A stretch of 56,796 nucleotides of DNA. Origin: Dehalococcoidia bacterium UBA6495. Lineage in GTDB: Bacteria > Chloroflexota > Dehalococcoidia > Lucifugimonadales > UBA826. Below are positions 48,541 through 56,796 of the stretch, piece after piece (the first letter of the stretch is position 1; each line of letters begins with the position of its first letter). The DNA lies in contig DJMH01000036.1 in NCBI GenBank assembly GCA_002435305.1, positions 86,750 to 143,545 on the forward strand, in the 5' to 3' direction. The notes under the pieces are model-generated. The model had not been told where the DNA came from. It searched no databases and saw nothing but the letters and a program-made list of their open reading frames with translations. Made by a program: the position numbers and the translations under genes.

Positions 48541-48570
48541 ATTATATGTCCCAGTCACAAATAGTGTCAA
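48541..48570 (-). promoter_or_regulatory. near-consensus sigma70 promoter of the metal ABC operon
   Basis: Minus strand reads TTGACA (48570-48565), 18 nt, TATAAT (48546-48541), about 55 nt upstream of the ATG at 48487. Confidence 0.6.
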
Positions 48571-48584
48571 TTAAAACAAACCAA

Positions 48585-49346
48585 TCATCGGCTATATTTC
48601 TCTATCCAATTCCACAAAATATTCGCCCTGACTTTCCCGTTTGCAGCAGCAGGATCTATTGCACACCTGCAACTCCTTGTGTAGGACCCAATCGTTTGTA
48701 ATTCAGTTCTTTTCTCTTTCCATTCCCACGGAGACCCGTTAGCTGTAAGAAAAACCTGTTCACAAAGATTTCTGGTTACGGGGACCGCTTTATAAAATCG
48801 CCTCGACCACGATGAACCACCAAATACCCAAAATCCATCCCAGAGTTCCCGGTTGGCAATTCCTCGCCTTAGGTGTGCATTGACATTAAAGCGCTCCATC
48901 TGCAGTTCAGATGGACTTACCCAAACTGATCGTAGAATCTGATCAACGTGTATAAAGCCAACGAAATAGAATCCGAATTCATCTGTTGGTTCACCGGCTT
49001 CCCAATATTGCAATCTTGATAAAAACAAAAGGAAGTCTCCTCTTGCCACATTTCTCATTCCCATTGCCCGGGGATTAACTTCACAATTATCCCCATATGT
49101 GTAAGTGTCGAACTCAGGATCGTTGTGCGCCGTAACACCAAACATATTTTTGGGAATATAGGGCGATAAATTCTGTTCAGGATCGTAATACGATTTTAGG
49201 TTTCGATACTCCAATCCATGGCTGGAAGGCAACTGCCTATCTTCTGGTATCGGTATAAATTCAAAAGTCTGATCACTAAAGATTGGGCTACAAAAACTGT
49301 GACTAGCATTAGATCCGACATTAATTACGTAAATCTTACCCGACAT
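48585..49346 (-). CDS. uncharacterised soluble protein translationally overlapped with queG
   Basis: 253 aa counted from ATG 49346 (MSGKIYVINVGSNASH...). No TM segment or signal peptide. This ATG overlaps the queG 3' end by 11 nt; the track start 49406 would overlap it by 71 nt. Confidence 0.7.
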   Translation of the reverse strand: MSGKIYVINVGSNASHSFCSPIFSDQTFEFIPIPEDRQLPSSHGLEYRNLKSYYDPEQNLSPYIPKNMFGVTAHNDPEFDTYTYGDNCEVNPRAMGMRNVARGDFLLFLSRLQYWEAGEPTDEFGFYFVGFIHVDQILRSVWVSPSELQMERFNVNAHLRRGIANRELWDGFWVFGGSSWSRRFYKAVPVTRNLCEQVFLTANGSPWEWKEKRTELQTIGSYTRSCRCAIDPAAANGKVRANILWNWIEKYSR

Positions 49347-50508
49347 TTTTTGATTCCTTGCCAGATATCCGGATGCCAATTTCTCCAATAGACATCTGAA
49401 TTTCATCTATCGTGTCCTGGTCTTCCTCGGACAGGAGTGCCTCCTCTAGTACTTCTAGGGAATTTTTTCCCCCTATCATCCCTAGAGCCCAAGCGGCATG
49501 TATGCGAACTACATTTTCAGTCGTTTTTAAAGCGGTGGATAGCGCTGTTATTGCATTGGGATCGCCATTATTCCCTAAAGCAACACATGCATTTCTTTTT
49601 AACCCGACCAATTTGGCTCTTTTTATGGGACTATCTTTATATTTCGTACTAAATTCAGCCTGATCCATATTCAATATTTCGACCAGATCTGGTGTAGAAA
49701 AGCCCGGCCTTTGATGAAACGCATCAAGATTGCCTTGTGAAGCTTTTTTGTTAACAGGACACACGTCCTGACAGATATCACACCCAAAAATCCAATCCCC
49801 CATTAGGGTTCTCAATTTCCTAGGAATTACACCTCGGAGCTCGATTGTTAGATAAGAGATACATTTTTCATTATCTATCACATAAGGAGCTACGATTGCT
49901 CCAGTCGGACAATCATCTATACATTTCACACAGTTGCCACAAGTTTTTTTTAGTGGGCTATCCGGTTTTAAATACAAATCGGTAATCACTTGGGATAGGA
50001 AAACCCATGAACCATGGGTAGGAGTCAATATGTTAGTGTTTTTACCAAACCACCCTACCCCGGACCTTCGTGCAGCAGCCCTATCATTCATTGGTCCATC
50101 ATCTACAAAGACCCGTGTATTTATATCTCGGCCAGAAATTTCTTTTAGTTTTACGCAAAAGTCCTTCAGTTTAGATTTAAGGACTTTATGATAATCATCT
50201 CCCCATGCATATCTAGCTACTCGTCCATTTTTAAATGTGCCTGTATCGGGCTCCGTTGTTAGGTAACTTGTCGCTAGGGATATTACTGATCTAGCATTAT
50301 CTAAAAGAAGTTGGGGACGATTCATCTTTCGTACCCGTTCCTTTGTATACCATGGATACCCTTCCATGTGACCGTCATTTATGCGTTTGATGGCGGCCTT
50401 TTCATCACCTTCGAAAGGTCCAGAATCGGTTATGCCAACAAGGTCAAACCCAAGGGAAAAGGCACATTCTCTAACTTGATCCTCAAGACTGACCTTACTG
50501 AGAGACAA
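49336..50508 (-). CDS. queG: epoxyqueuosine reductase
   Basis: 390 aa. Two ferredoxin-type motifs CGNCVKCIDDCP and CDICQDVCP. C-terminal HEAT-like repeats (ALGNNGDP, AAWALGMIGG). Confidence 0.9.
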   Translation of the reverse strand: MSLSKVSLEDQVRECAFSLGFDLVGITDSGPFEGDEKAAIKRINDGHMEGYPWYTKERVRKMNRPQLLLDNARSVISLATSYLTTEPDTGTFKNGRVARYAWGDDYHKVLKSKLKDFCVKLKEISGRDINTRVFVDDGPMNDRAAARRSGVGWFGKNTNILTPTHGSWVFLSQVITDLYLKPDSPLKKTCGNCVKCIDDCPTGAIVAPYVIDNEKCISYLTIELRGVIPRKLRTLMGDWIFGCDICQDVCPVNKKASQGNLDAFHQRPGFSTPDLVEILNMDQAEFSTKYKDSPIKRAKLVGLKRNACVALGNNGDPNAITALSTALKTTENVVRIHAAWALGMIGGKNSLEVLEEALLSEEDQDTIDEIQMSIGEIGIRISGKESKNVG

Positions 50509-50549
50509 TTTAAATCCCCTCTTGAATTATTGATATCCGTTTCATTGTA

Positions 50550-50579
50550 TTGACACTTTTCACAATTCAGCCATATCAT
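50550..50579 (+). promoter_or_regulatory. candidate promoter upstream of the IMPDH-family gene
   Basis: TTGACA (50550-50555), 18 nt, TATCAT (50574-50579). Implies a leader of about 200 nt. Confidence 0.35.
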
Positions 50580-50787
50580 CATCGCATCCCACTATGCGTA
50601 TCTTGTTATTATGGAACATCTATTGATAAACCCATCGGACTGGGTTTTCAGCTCTACGGACCATTCTAATCACATTCGCCTAGTGGATAAACCATTAAGA
50701 CTATTCAGATAAATTTTTGAACATCCCATCCGGAATAAAAATTTAGGGTGTCTCTAATTTAAATGAATTCAATTTGAGGAGTTGGAA

Positions 50788-51921
50788 ATGTCAAATCTTC
50801 GCCAATTAAGAAGGACCTATGGATTTGACGAAGTAGCAATTGCTCCAGGAACGGTAACAGTTAACCCTGAAATGACAGATACATCATTTAAATTAGGCGA
50901 TGTAAGTATCAAAATACCGATACTAGGGTCAGCGATGGATGCGGTAGCCAACCCATATTTTATAGGCAAAATGCACGAACAAGGTGCACTAAGTGTAATG
51001 AACTTGGAAGGGGTACAAACTCGGTATGACGATCCTGAAGGGGTACTTGCAGAAATCGCTGACACTCCAAATGACATGGTCACCGCCGTAATGCAAAAAG
51101 TCTACTCTTCACCGATCAAAGAGGCGCTAATCGGAAGAAGAGTTGAAGAAATCAAGGCAACAGGTTCAAAATGTTCCGTTTCTGTAACCCCAGCATTTAC
51201 AAAATCGTATGCTCCACTAGCAGTTGAGGCGGGAGCAGATATGATTGTGGTTCAATCTACAGTGACTACCGCTCGGCATTCTTCCAACAGCATAAAAGGT
51301 CTTCAATTCCCCGAGTTGCTTGAAATGGTGAAAGTGCCGATTTTGGTAGGCAACTGCGTAGGGTACGATGTCGCCACGGAAATAATGGAGACTGGTATAC
51401 ACGGAATCCTCATTGGAGTTGGGCCAGGTGCTGCCTGTACCACCAGAGAGGTCACGGGAGTTGGAATACCCCAAGTGACAGCCACTATGGATTGCGCCCT
51501 GGCGAGAGACGATTTTTTCCAGAGAACCGGTAAATACATACCGATCATAACCGACGGCGGGATCAGAACCGGAGGTGAGCTTTGTAAAGCAATTGCAAGT
51601 GGAGCCGATGCCGTGATGATAGGAACTCCTCTCGCTCAATCGAAGGAAGCGCCAGGACAGGGATTTAATTGGGGAATGGCCAGCCCGCACCCGGCATTAC
51701 CTAGGGGTACGAGGGTTAATGTTGGAGTCAAAGGAACTCTCAAAGAACTGTTTTATGGTCCTTCGTCGGTATCAAATGGTACCCAAAATTTAGTCGGAGC
51801 ACTCAAAGCCTGCATGGGTATGGTCGGAGCACTTAATATTGAAGACATGCATTCAGCGGAAGTAGTTGTAGCTCCCTCCATAAAAACCGAGGGTAAACAT
51901 TACCAACTCGGTTTGGAGTAA
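50788..51921 (+). CDS. IMP dehydrogenase/GMP reductase-family protein without CBS insert (GuaB3-like)
   Basis: TIM-barrel family with catalytic-loop-like GVGPGAACTTR. ATG 50788 has GAGGAG 6 nt upstream; the track start is TTG 50782. Confidence 0.82.
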   Translation: MSNLRQLRRTYGFDEVAIAPGTVTVNPEMTDTSFKLGDVSIKIPILGSAMDAVANPYFIGKMHEQGALSVMNLEGVQTRYDDPEGVLAEIADTPNDMVTAVMQKVYSSPIKEALIGRRVEEIKATGSKCSVSVTPAFTKSYAPLAVEAGADMIVVQSTVTTARHSSNSIKGLQFPELLEMVKVPILVGNCVGYDVATEIMETGIHGILIGVGPGAACTTREVTGVGIPQVTATMDCALARDDFFQRTGKYIPIITDGGIRTGGELCKAIASGADAVMIGTPLAQSKEAPGQGFNWGMASPHPALPRGTRVNVGVKGTLKELFYGPSSVSNGTQNLVGALKACMGMVGALNIEDMHSAEVVVAPSIKTEGKHYQLGLE

Positions 51922-51980
51922 GGACCAATAGGGTTAATTACATACACTACCAAACCCGTCCAACATATGGGGATAGACAG

Positions 51981-52829
51981 CTATCTAATTTCTAGAAGTA
52001 CGGCCCGTTCGTTATTGCTAAGATCTTTCAGAACTGTAGTTATGGCGGAGGGAAAAAACTGTTGGCATAATTTGACAGCTTCAGACGCTTGATCAGGATC
52101 GATTTCAAACAATATGACTCCTGGATTGGACATTTTATCTACAGCTTGAAATAGTAATCTTTTTATCAATTCTAGCCCGTCATACCCTCCGTCCAAAGCC
52201 ACTACAGGTTCCCTTAACACCTCTTCCTGCAGGGAGGTCAATTTGTCACTCCTGATGTAAGGTAGATTACTAACCAATATGTCGATTTTATCTATAATTG
52301 GTTCAAGTAAGTTACCACGTCTCAGTTTGATTCTTGAATACAAACCATGAGTCCTTCTATTATCATCGGCGATTGCTAAAGCAGCTTCACTGATATCTAC
52401 AGCTATTATGCTAGAAGTAGGAATGTTCAAAGCCAACGAAACTGCTATGGCTCCACTCCCTGTTCCCACATCCACTATCGAAATTTGGTTTTTACCCAAC
52501 GACTTGGCTTGAACGATAGCTGCATCAACTAAAAGCTCCGTTTCCTGCCTTGGAATCAACACATCTTCTGACACAACAAATGGCAACCCATAGAATTCTT
52601 TGACCCCGGTAATGTAAGCAAGAGGCTCCCTTTTGATCCTTCTTTTTACCAAAGAAGCAATATTGCTTGAATCCTCCATGGAGATGTCTTCATCTAAATC
52701 TCTGAACATAGCAGCTCTGTCGATCTTTAAGACGTGCCTAAGTAAGACTTCTGCTTCCAGTTTAGCGTCAAGTGAGCCTGTTTTCATGAGCTCTTCACTT
52801 GCGACATTAAGGGCCTCTTTGAGGTTCAT
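51981..52829 (-). CDS. prmC: release-factor glutamine N5-methyltransferase
   Basis: 282 aa. SAM motif [11 protein letters not shown] and motif IV VSNLPY. 4-nt overlap with prfA. Confidence 0.88.
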   Translation of the reverse strand: MNLKEALNVASEELMKTGSLDAKLEAEVLLRHVLKIDRAAMFRDLDEDISMEDSSNIASLVKRRIKREPLAYITGVKEFYGLPFVVSEDVLIPRQETELLVDAAIVQAKSLGKNQISIVDVGTGSGAIAVSLALNIPTSSIIAVDISEAALAIADDNRRTHGLYSRIKLRRGNLLEPIIDKIDILVSNLPYIRSDKLTSLQEEVLREPVVALDGGYDGLELIKRLLFQAVDKMSNPGVILFEIDPDQASEAVKLCQQFFPSAITTVLKDLSNNERAVLLEIR

Positions 52830-53899
52830 AAACTGGCATTCTCCAATTTGCGAGCCTGCTCCTCCTGAACCAAAGCTTCGATAAACTCCATCAAATCCCC
52901 ATCTAGTACCTGCTCAAGGTTATAGCTGGTCAAACCGATCCTATGATCTGTAATCCTACCCTGCGGGAAATTGTATGTCCGAACTCTTTCTGAACGATCT
53001 CCGGAGCCTACTTGAGACCTTCGACTATCGGTAATCTCTTGCTGCTGTTTTTCTATCTCAGCTGCAAGTAATCTTGACCTAAGCACTGCAAGAGCTTTTT
53101 CCTTATTTTTATGTTGAGACCTCTCGTCCTGACATGTTGTGACAACTCCGCTAGGAATATGTGTTATCCGAACGGCAGTAGCAACTTTTTGTACATTTTG
53201 TCCACCATGACCACTCGCGTGGTATATATCTATCTGAAGATCTTCTTGATTAATCTCAACATCTACCTCCTCGGCTTCAGGGAGAACCGCTACTGTAGCA
53301 GCGGATGTGTGTATCCTTCCACTAGATTCAGTGGTCGGAACTCTCTGAACTCTATGAACACCACTTTCATGCTTTAATTTGCTGTAGGCTTGGTCACCTC
53401 TAACTTGAAAAGTGATTTCCTTTAACCCTCCAATCCCTGTGGAATTTGAATCTATTATCTCCAAATTCCAATTCAATCGCTGAGCCAACCGGGAATACAT
53501 CCTGTATAGATTTGAGGCAAATAACCCTGCCTCTTCCCCCCCAGTCCCAGCTCTAATTTCAATAATTACATTTTTATCGTCATTAGGATCTTTTGGAACT
53601 AAGGCCATACGTAGTCTTTCTTCGGCCTCTTCTTTCTTTCCTTCGAGAGTCACATGTTCATCTTTAGCCAACGATAATATATCAGGGTCCGATTCAGATC
53701 TAAGCATATCTCTCAAATCAGATATTTCCTTGATAACTTCTCTGTACTCTCGAGCAAGTTCCACAACTTCTCTCATTACCGACTGTTCTTTGGCATACTG
53801 CTGAACTTTAGTGTGATCAGTCACCACCTCAGGGTCTGCCAATAATTTATTCAATTCCTCATACTTTTCTTCAACTGAGGAAAGCCTTTCTAACATCAT
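52826..53899 (-). CDS. prfA: peptide chain release factor 1
   Basis: 357 aa. [14 protein letters not shown] (PxT tripeptide) and [11 protein letters not shown] (GGQ). Confidence 0.96.
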   Translation of the reverse strand: MMLERLSSVEEKYEELNKLLADPEVVTDHTKVQQYAKEQSVMREVVELAREYREVIKEISDLRDMLRSESDPDILSLAKDEHVTLEGKKEEAEERLRMALVPKDPNDDKNVIIEIRAGTGGEEAGLFASNLYRMYSRLAQRLNWNLEIIDSNSTGIGGLKEITFQVRGDQAYSKLKHESGVHRVQRVPTTESSGRIHTSAATVAVLPEAEEVDVEINQEDLQIDIYHASGHGGQNVQKVATAVRITHIPSGVVTTCQDERSQHKNKEKALAVLRSRLLAAEIEKQQQEITDSRRSQVGSGDRSERVRTYNFPQGRITDHRIGLTSYNLEQVLDGDLMEFIEALVQEEQARKLENASL

Positions 53900-54104
53900 T
53901 TCATCCTGAAAGTTGAATTTGTGATAACTATGAAATCAAAGAGTAATCATAACTTGAACCCATCTCGATTTCCATAATTTTGGAATTAGATATGTGTAGT
54001 TTTTGTTCATGAACAGAAATTCCACAATTTTAGGTTCATTGACGTATCGCGCTCAATTTTAAATAATTCATCGTGAATGCAATCATCCATGGCATCTTGC
54101 CAAC

Positions 54105-54686
54105 ATGTCCTTTCAAAATAGTGAGGTTTGTATGACTGAGCCCAACGTTGAATTAAGAAAAGTCGCTAAGGAAGATGTATCACGGATAAATCAGTGGCTG
54201 GCAGATGACGAAGTTGCCGAAAATTGGTTTGGAAGATACTCATATGGTAATCCGGCCCATCTGGGATACCACCCGGAACAGGCTGACACTTTTTCCGACC
54301 AGCAATGGACAGAAACATTTTCAAATCCAGAGCATGCCATATTCTCCGTTTACACCCCCGACGGTTCTCATATAGGGGAATCTCACATCGCGATTGAAGA
54401 ATCACTCGGTGATGGGCAAATATCGATCCTAATTGGAGCCAGGGAAAGGTGGCACCACGGTTTTGGGACCGCAGCCCTACGTGCAACTTTAAACCAAGCG
54501 TTTACCCACTATGGATTATTCAGGGTATGGGCAGATATACCTGAATATAACGAAGTCGCTCTTAAAATGTTTGAACATTTAGGATTTAAACACGAAGGAA
54601 CTTTGAGAAAAAGTCGGCCTCACGAAGGGGCAAGATACGACTCCATAGTTATGGGAATGTTGTCAAACGAATATGACTCTGGCTAA
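54105..54686 (+). CDS. GNAT-family N-acetyltransferase (RimJ/RimL-like)
   Basis: 193 aa. GNAT core (WHHGFGTAALRA, FEHLGFKHEGTLR). Start could be Met1 or Met10. Confidence 0.8.
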   Translation: MSFQNSEVCMTEPNVELRKVAKEDVSRINQWLADDEVAENWFGRYSYGNPAHLGYHPEQADTFSDQQWTETFSNPEHAIFSVYTPDGSHIGESHIAIEESLGDGQISILIGARERWHHGFGTAALRATLNQAFTHYGLFRVWADIPEYNEVALKMFEHLGFKHEGTLRKSRPHEGARYDSIVMGMLSNEYDSG

Positions 54687-54719
54687 ATAGATTCCAACTT
54701 AAATTTACAGGAATTAACT

Positions 54720-56045
54720 ATGCTTTACGATGCTGAATCTGGAAACCTATCTATAACTGCAGGTGGGGACGCAATGATAACCAGAAAACTTTCAGTCCAC
54801 AAAGAAGAAAAATTCTTAGGCCTAATTGAATTATTCCGTTCGTCAGATGTTGGGTATGTGAATCTTGAAATGCTTATGCATAATTTTGAACACTCCCCCG
54901 GGTCTGCTGGCGGAACATTCACAGGGTCTGACCCTTCTAATTTAGCTGAATTAGCCTGGTCAGGCATCAATTTAGTATCAACCGCTAACAACCATAGTCA
55001 TGACTACGGAGAAAGTGGGGTCCTCACGAATCTCAAACATCTTAAGACTTCGGCTCTAACCCATGCTGGTACCGGTCAGCATTTAAGTCAGGCTAGAAGT
55101 GCTGGATATCTTGATACTCACAACGGAAGAGTCGCACTGATAGCTGCCGCTTCTACCTTTGCTGAATCGGGTAGAGCTTTGAACCAAAGACCAGATCTAA
55201 AAGGTAGGCCAGGATTAAATCCCCAACGATTCAAAACAACATACATAGTGGATAAAGAGTCCTTCGACCAACTCAGAAGGGCCAACCGCTTATTGGGACT
55301 CGAACAAAAACGAGACTTCCAAAGGGGGTTCAGGTCAGCAGGGCTAATACCAAAGGACACTGAAACAGAGTTTTCTTTCCTTGAAAATCAATTCAAGGTT
55401 GGAGATTCGTTCTCAGAAAATACTGAATTAAATAGAGAAGATCTTAACGAAAACTTGAAATGGATCTCAGATGCAAAAAGAATGTCTGACTGGGTCATAG
55501 TTTCATTTCACTGTCACGAAAGTGGAAAAACTATAGCAGAGCCACCCAAATTTCTTATTGATTTCGCCCATGAATGTATTGATGCAGGAGCTTCTGTCTT
55601 TATAGGGCATGGTCCACACGTCACAAGGGGAATCGAAATATACAAAGGTGCCCCAATTTTATATAGCTTGGGAAATTTCATTTTCCAAAATGACACCGTC
55701 AAATGGCAGCCATCCTATAACTATGACCAAATTGGCCTAGATCATTACTTCACACCAGCGGATTTCTACGATAAGCGTAGCGATGAAGGTAAAAGAGGGT
55801 TCCCGGCTGACCCAATTTATTGGCAAAGCGTAGTCGCTCAAATCAAATTCGAAAACGGAAACCTCTCCTCTCTGGATGTTGTACCCATTGATATGGGATA
55901 TGGGAAGCCCCGTTCAATGACAGGAAGGCCTTTAATTGCCTCCGGCAAAACTGCAAATCAAGCATTATCCAGAATAAAAGAATTGTCTGAAGATATGGGA
56001 ACCGACGTATCAATTGATGGAACCCGAGGGATAGTCACAATTTAG
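54720..56045 (+). CDS. CapA/PGA_cap-family metallophosphatase-fold protein
   Basis: 441 aa. GGDAM, STANNHSHDYG and GHGPH motifs typical of the CapA family. No N-terminal hydrophobic segment. Confidence 0.75.
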   Translation: MLYDAESGNLSITAGGDAMITRKLSVHKEEKFLGLIELFRSSDVGYVNLEMLMHNFEHSPGSAGGTFTGSDPSNLAELAWSGINLVSTANNHSHDYGESGVLTNLKHLKTSALTHAGTGQHLSQARSAGYLDTHNGRVALIAAASTFAESGRALNQRPDLKGRPGLNPQRFKTTYIVDKESFDQLRRANRLLGLEQKRDFQRGFRSAGLIPKDTETEFSFLENQFKVGDSFSENTELNREDLNENLKWISDAKRMSDWVIVSFHCHESGKTIAEPPKFLIDFAHECIDAGASVFIGHGPHVTRGIEIYKGAPILYSLGNFIFQNDTVKWQPSYNYDQIGLDHYFTPADFYDKRSDEGKRGFPADPIYWQSVVAQIKFENGNLSSLDVVPIDMGYGKPRSMTGRPLIASGKTANQALSRIKELSEDMGTDVSIDGTRGIVTI

Positions 56046-56063
56046 ACGAATGTCACCCACCAA

Positions 56064-56732
56064 TTAATCGAAAAATAAATCCATATCCTGATGTGGAATC
56101 CCAACGTCATCGTAGACTGACCCTCTAGCACTATATCCCAGTTGGGTATAGAAAGGAGCCGCTTGCATTTGAGCTGAAAGAGTGATTCCTCTAAAGCCCA
56201 TTGCTCTGGCTAAGTGATGCAACCTCAACATGAGTATCTCACCAATTCCTTTTCGTCTCGTAGTTTTCTTAACAGCGACTCGTTCGATATGAGGTAATTC
56301 TGAAAAATTTTTAGATCCAGGTTTACTTCCCTCCAGTATTAATCTAGCTGTCCCTACTGCTAGCTGGCCTTCAGATACCATCACATGAATGACTCGACCA
56401 GATTTAATCGCCTTCAAAGTATCTAATTCATCAATCTCTTCGATGGCGGAAACAGACTGTTCCAACACAAAAACTTCCACTCGAAGTTCAAGAATATTTT
56501 GGAGTTCTTCAGAAGTAGAGACGATTTTGGTCTTGTAATCTGGTGGCATAACACAAATTAGATAGTAAAAAAATCTTTCAGTCAATTCATTAAAGAGGAT
56601 GGGCCAAATAGGGAATAATATGTAATAAATAGTTTTCAATCTCACATATTCAGATTGAAATAAGCCAAGGTTCGGAGGGAGGAAAATTTTGACTCCATCT
56701 TCAAGGGAATAAGAGACAATAGCTCCAACCAT
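56064..56732 (-). CDS. GNAT-family N-acetyltransferase
   Basis: C-terminal 160 aa form a GNAT core (RRKGIGEILM, GYSARG). The true start may be Met62 (56549); the hydrophobic N-terminal 60 aa in the track are uncertain. Confidence 0.72.
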   Translation of the reverse strand: MVGAIVSYSLEDGVKIFLPPNLGLFQSEYVRLKTIYYILFPIWPILFNELTERFFYYLICVMPPDYKTKIVSTSEELQNILELRVEVFVLEQSVSAIEEIDELDTLKAIKSGRVIHVMVSEGQLAVGTARLILEGSKPGSKNFSELPHIERVAVKKTTRRKGIGEILMLRLHHLARAMGFRGITLSAQMQAAPFYTQLGYSARGSVYDDVGIPHQDMDLFFD

Positions 56733-56796
56733 TATGGCATCTAGAATCCAATATTTATTAAAGGTTTCGTGTAACGCATCTTTTATGGAAAACCCC

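Noticed and set aside
50590-50780. Purine or other known riboswitch in front of the IMPDH-family gene.
   Set aside because: No purine-aptamer core or other riboswitch signature that I can recognise by eye. It is retained only as a generic long-leader observation with low interest.
1-56796. Whole-window search for CRISPR repeats, transposase or integrase genes, toxin-antitoxin pairs, restriction-modification or other defence-island content, and rRNA or tRNA genes.
   Set aside because: None found. Every ORF of 60 aa or more that is not a shadow has a housekeeping or transport/metabolic assignment, apart from the queG-linked unknown. No tandem or spaced repeat arrays were seen, and no intergenic gap is large enough for an rRNA.

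Overview
This is a chromosomal, housekeeping-dominated segment of a bacterium. Gene order and protein features look Chloroflexota- or Firmicutes-like, but the taxon cannot be determined from this window.

The core is one minus-strand ribosomal supercluster of 37 genes over about 20.7 kb, from rpsL at 32752 down to rpsI at 12049. It reads str, S10, spc, alpha, truA, rplM-rpsI, and sits behind a perfect consensus sigma70 promoter. tuf is absent and there is no room for an S10 leader. Upstream on the same strand lie rpsT, rpsP, a KH protein, rimM and relA/spoT.

The left flank holds:
- a PhoR/PhoB-type two-component pair
- an Ldh_2-family dehydrogenase and a SelA-like PLP enzyme
- queA, an alpha/beta hydrolase, a YihY-family protein, HtrA, ubiE/menG, nnr and a DtxR-family repressor

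The right flank holds:
- hisS, an M24 peptidase and two MFS transporters
- a TPP-riboswitch-controlled thiamin-pyrimidine salvage operon (thiZ-thiX-thiY-tenA-thiD)
- a Fur-family regulator and a binding-protein-less ABC-3 metal importer
- queG translationally overlapped with an uncharacterised gene
- an IMPDH-family gene, prfA-prmC, and a GNAT / CapA-like / GNAT trio

I found no rRNA, tRNA, CRISPR array, transposase or integrase, and no recognisable defence genes. This is not an obvious accessory island.

The two observations I consider most worth follow-up are:
1. Ribosomal protein uL4 carries a C-terminal copy of the RNA polymerase alpha C-terminal domain, clearly paralogous to the rpoA CTD in the same window.
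2. A conserved-looking unknown protein has a start codon that overlaps the end of queG.

Many ORF-track entries are antisense or alternate-frame shadows of real genes. Several track starts were re-set to homolog-consistent starts.
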